From the human T2T-CHM13v2.0 reference genome, Homo sapiens, in the NCBI RefSeq assembly GCF_009914755.1, contig NC_060926.1: a stretch of 64,000 nt of DNA, one strand, 5' to 3'. The position numbers and the translations under genes were made by a program. The notes beneath the pieces are model-generated. The model did not search any database. It was not told the origin of the DNA and worked only from the letters and a program-made list of their open reading frames with translations. Position 1 is the first letter of the stretch; every line of letters starts with the position of its first letter. Shown one piece after another: positions 63,021 to 64,000 of this stretch.

Positions 63021-63988
63021 GTAAGTAAGGTTTTTCTTACCGACACTAATGCTACCTTTATTGACACATGCACCTGCTGCATCCACACCTAAATTTGCCA
63101 ATGTCAGTAATGGTTGTTTGAAGTGAAATTTCATCATATCTGTCTAACAAAAGGCCCTTTGAAGCAAGGGAAGTGTATAAATTGAACACCCTTGTTCCCC
63201 ACAAGTTGAAATATTAACAATTCGTTCATGATAAGAACAACACACCTTACTTTAGTGGCTAGGAGTTGTAAGTGCCAACATTATCGGTGAGGTCCTGTGG
63301 CCTCCCACCTGGCCCTGGATACTTTTCAACATGTAAGTCACTGAGAGAATTCATACCCTGGAGCGCTCGATCGTCAACTTTCATAGGGGATGGGAGGTTT
63401 ACTGTTTGAATAACATATTAGTATACTTAACATTTTGAATCTAGTTTAAAGGAATATGGCATACTTTGTTTAAAATCAGCAAATACTTGCAATTCATACA
63501 CAGAACTTTACTTATTCACTAACAGCTATAGTTTTTCATCTCTAAGCCCTCAAAGACTCGTTTTGTTCCTCTGCTTCATCCTCCATCCACATTTGCATCC
63601 TCCATCCACTGCGTAATCCGTCTTTGGGAATAGCTTGTAAATGCCCTGGGTATTGTGAACCTCTGAAGTTGAAATCTCACAATGCATCTCTAGGTGCTAA
63701 GTGCATTTCTAGGGTAAAATTGCACAATGCAAGATGCACTGTGATAAATGTAAGACAGTGACATTCAATTTGAACTGCATGAAATAAATCATTTGGCAAA
63801 GTCCTGAAAGGCATAATATGTCATTTCTGTTGGTTGATGTAATTAGAATTTGTAGCTTAATCCAAAATAACCAAAAGTTAATAGATTAGAATAGAAAAAA
63901 AAAAAAAACTAGTGCCAAGATATCATCTTCTTTACATGAGAAGTAAAAACAACATCTAGAATAATTGGTGCTTGGTTTCCTGTTTTAG

Positions 63989-64000
63989 GACTCAGGAGGT
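63989..64000 (+). CDS. MAP3K20: ZAK-alpha exon 16, start only (DSGG...), truncated by the window end
   Basis: tgttttag| acceptor, then GAC TCA GGA GGT, continuing PPLIK-DSGG. Confidence 0.85.

Overview
Human (primate) genomic DNA, AT-rich, lying entirely inside MAP3K20 (ZAK/MLTK/MLK7) on the + strand. Splicing the exons by hand reconstructs the ZAK protein from E83 onward. Eight shared exons (probable exons 4-11) encode the kinase C-lobe ([16 protein letters not shown]) and leucine zipper. They are followed by the ZAK-beta terminal exon (45727, stop 46107, ~5.6 kb 3' UTR to AATAAA at 51708) and then ZAK-alpha-specific exons 12-16 (SAM domain; exon 16 cut by the window edge). Read-through of the exon 10 donor gives the short ZAK-gamma C-terminus. 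Introns hold a ~6 kb decayed L1 punctured by Alus, about 26 Alu elements or fragments, MIR/L2 relics, MADE1, MER58, MER5, MER20 and an antisense solo LTR nested in an L1MB. Most listed ORFs are Alu/L1 or chance ORFs. I see no new biological system. The best leads are in isoform control: a GC-AG intron, a CpG/GCATG/poly(A) cluster at the alpha/beta branch point, inverted Alus around exons 13-14, and an intronic MEF2/AP-1 cluster. Exon numbers and repeat subfamily names come from recall and were not checked against a database.
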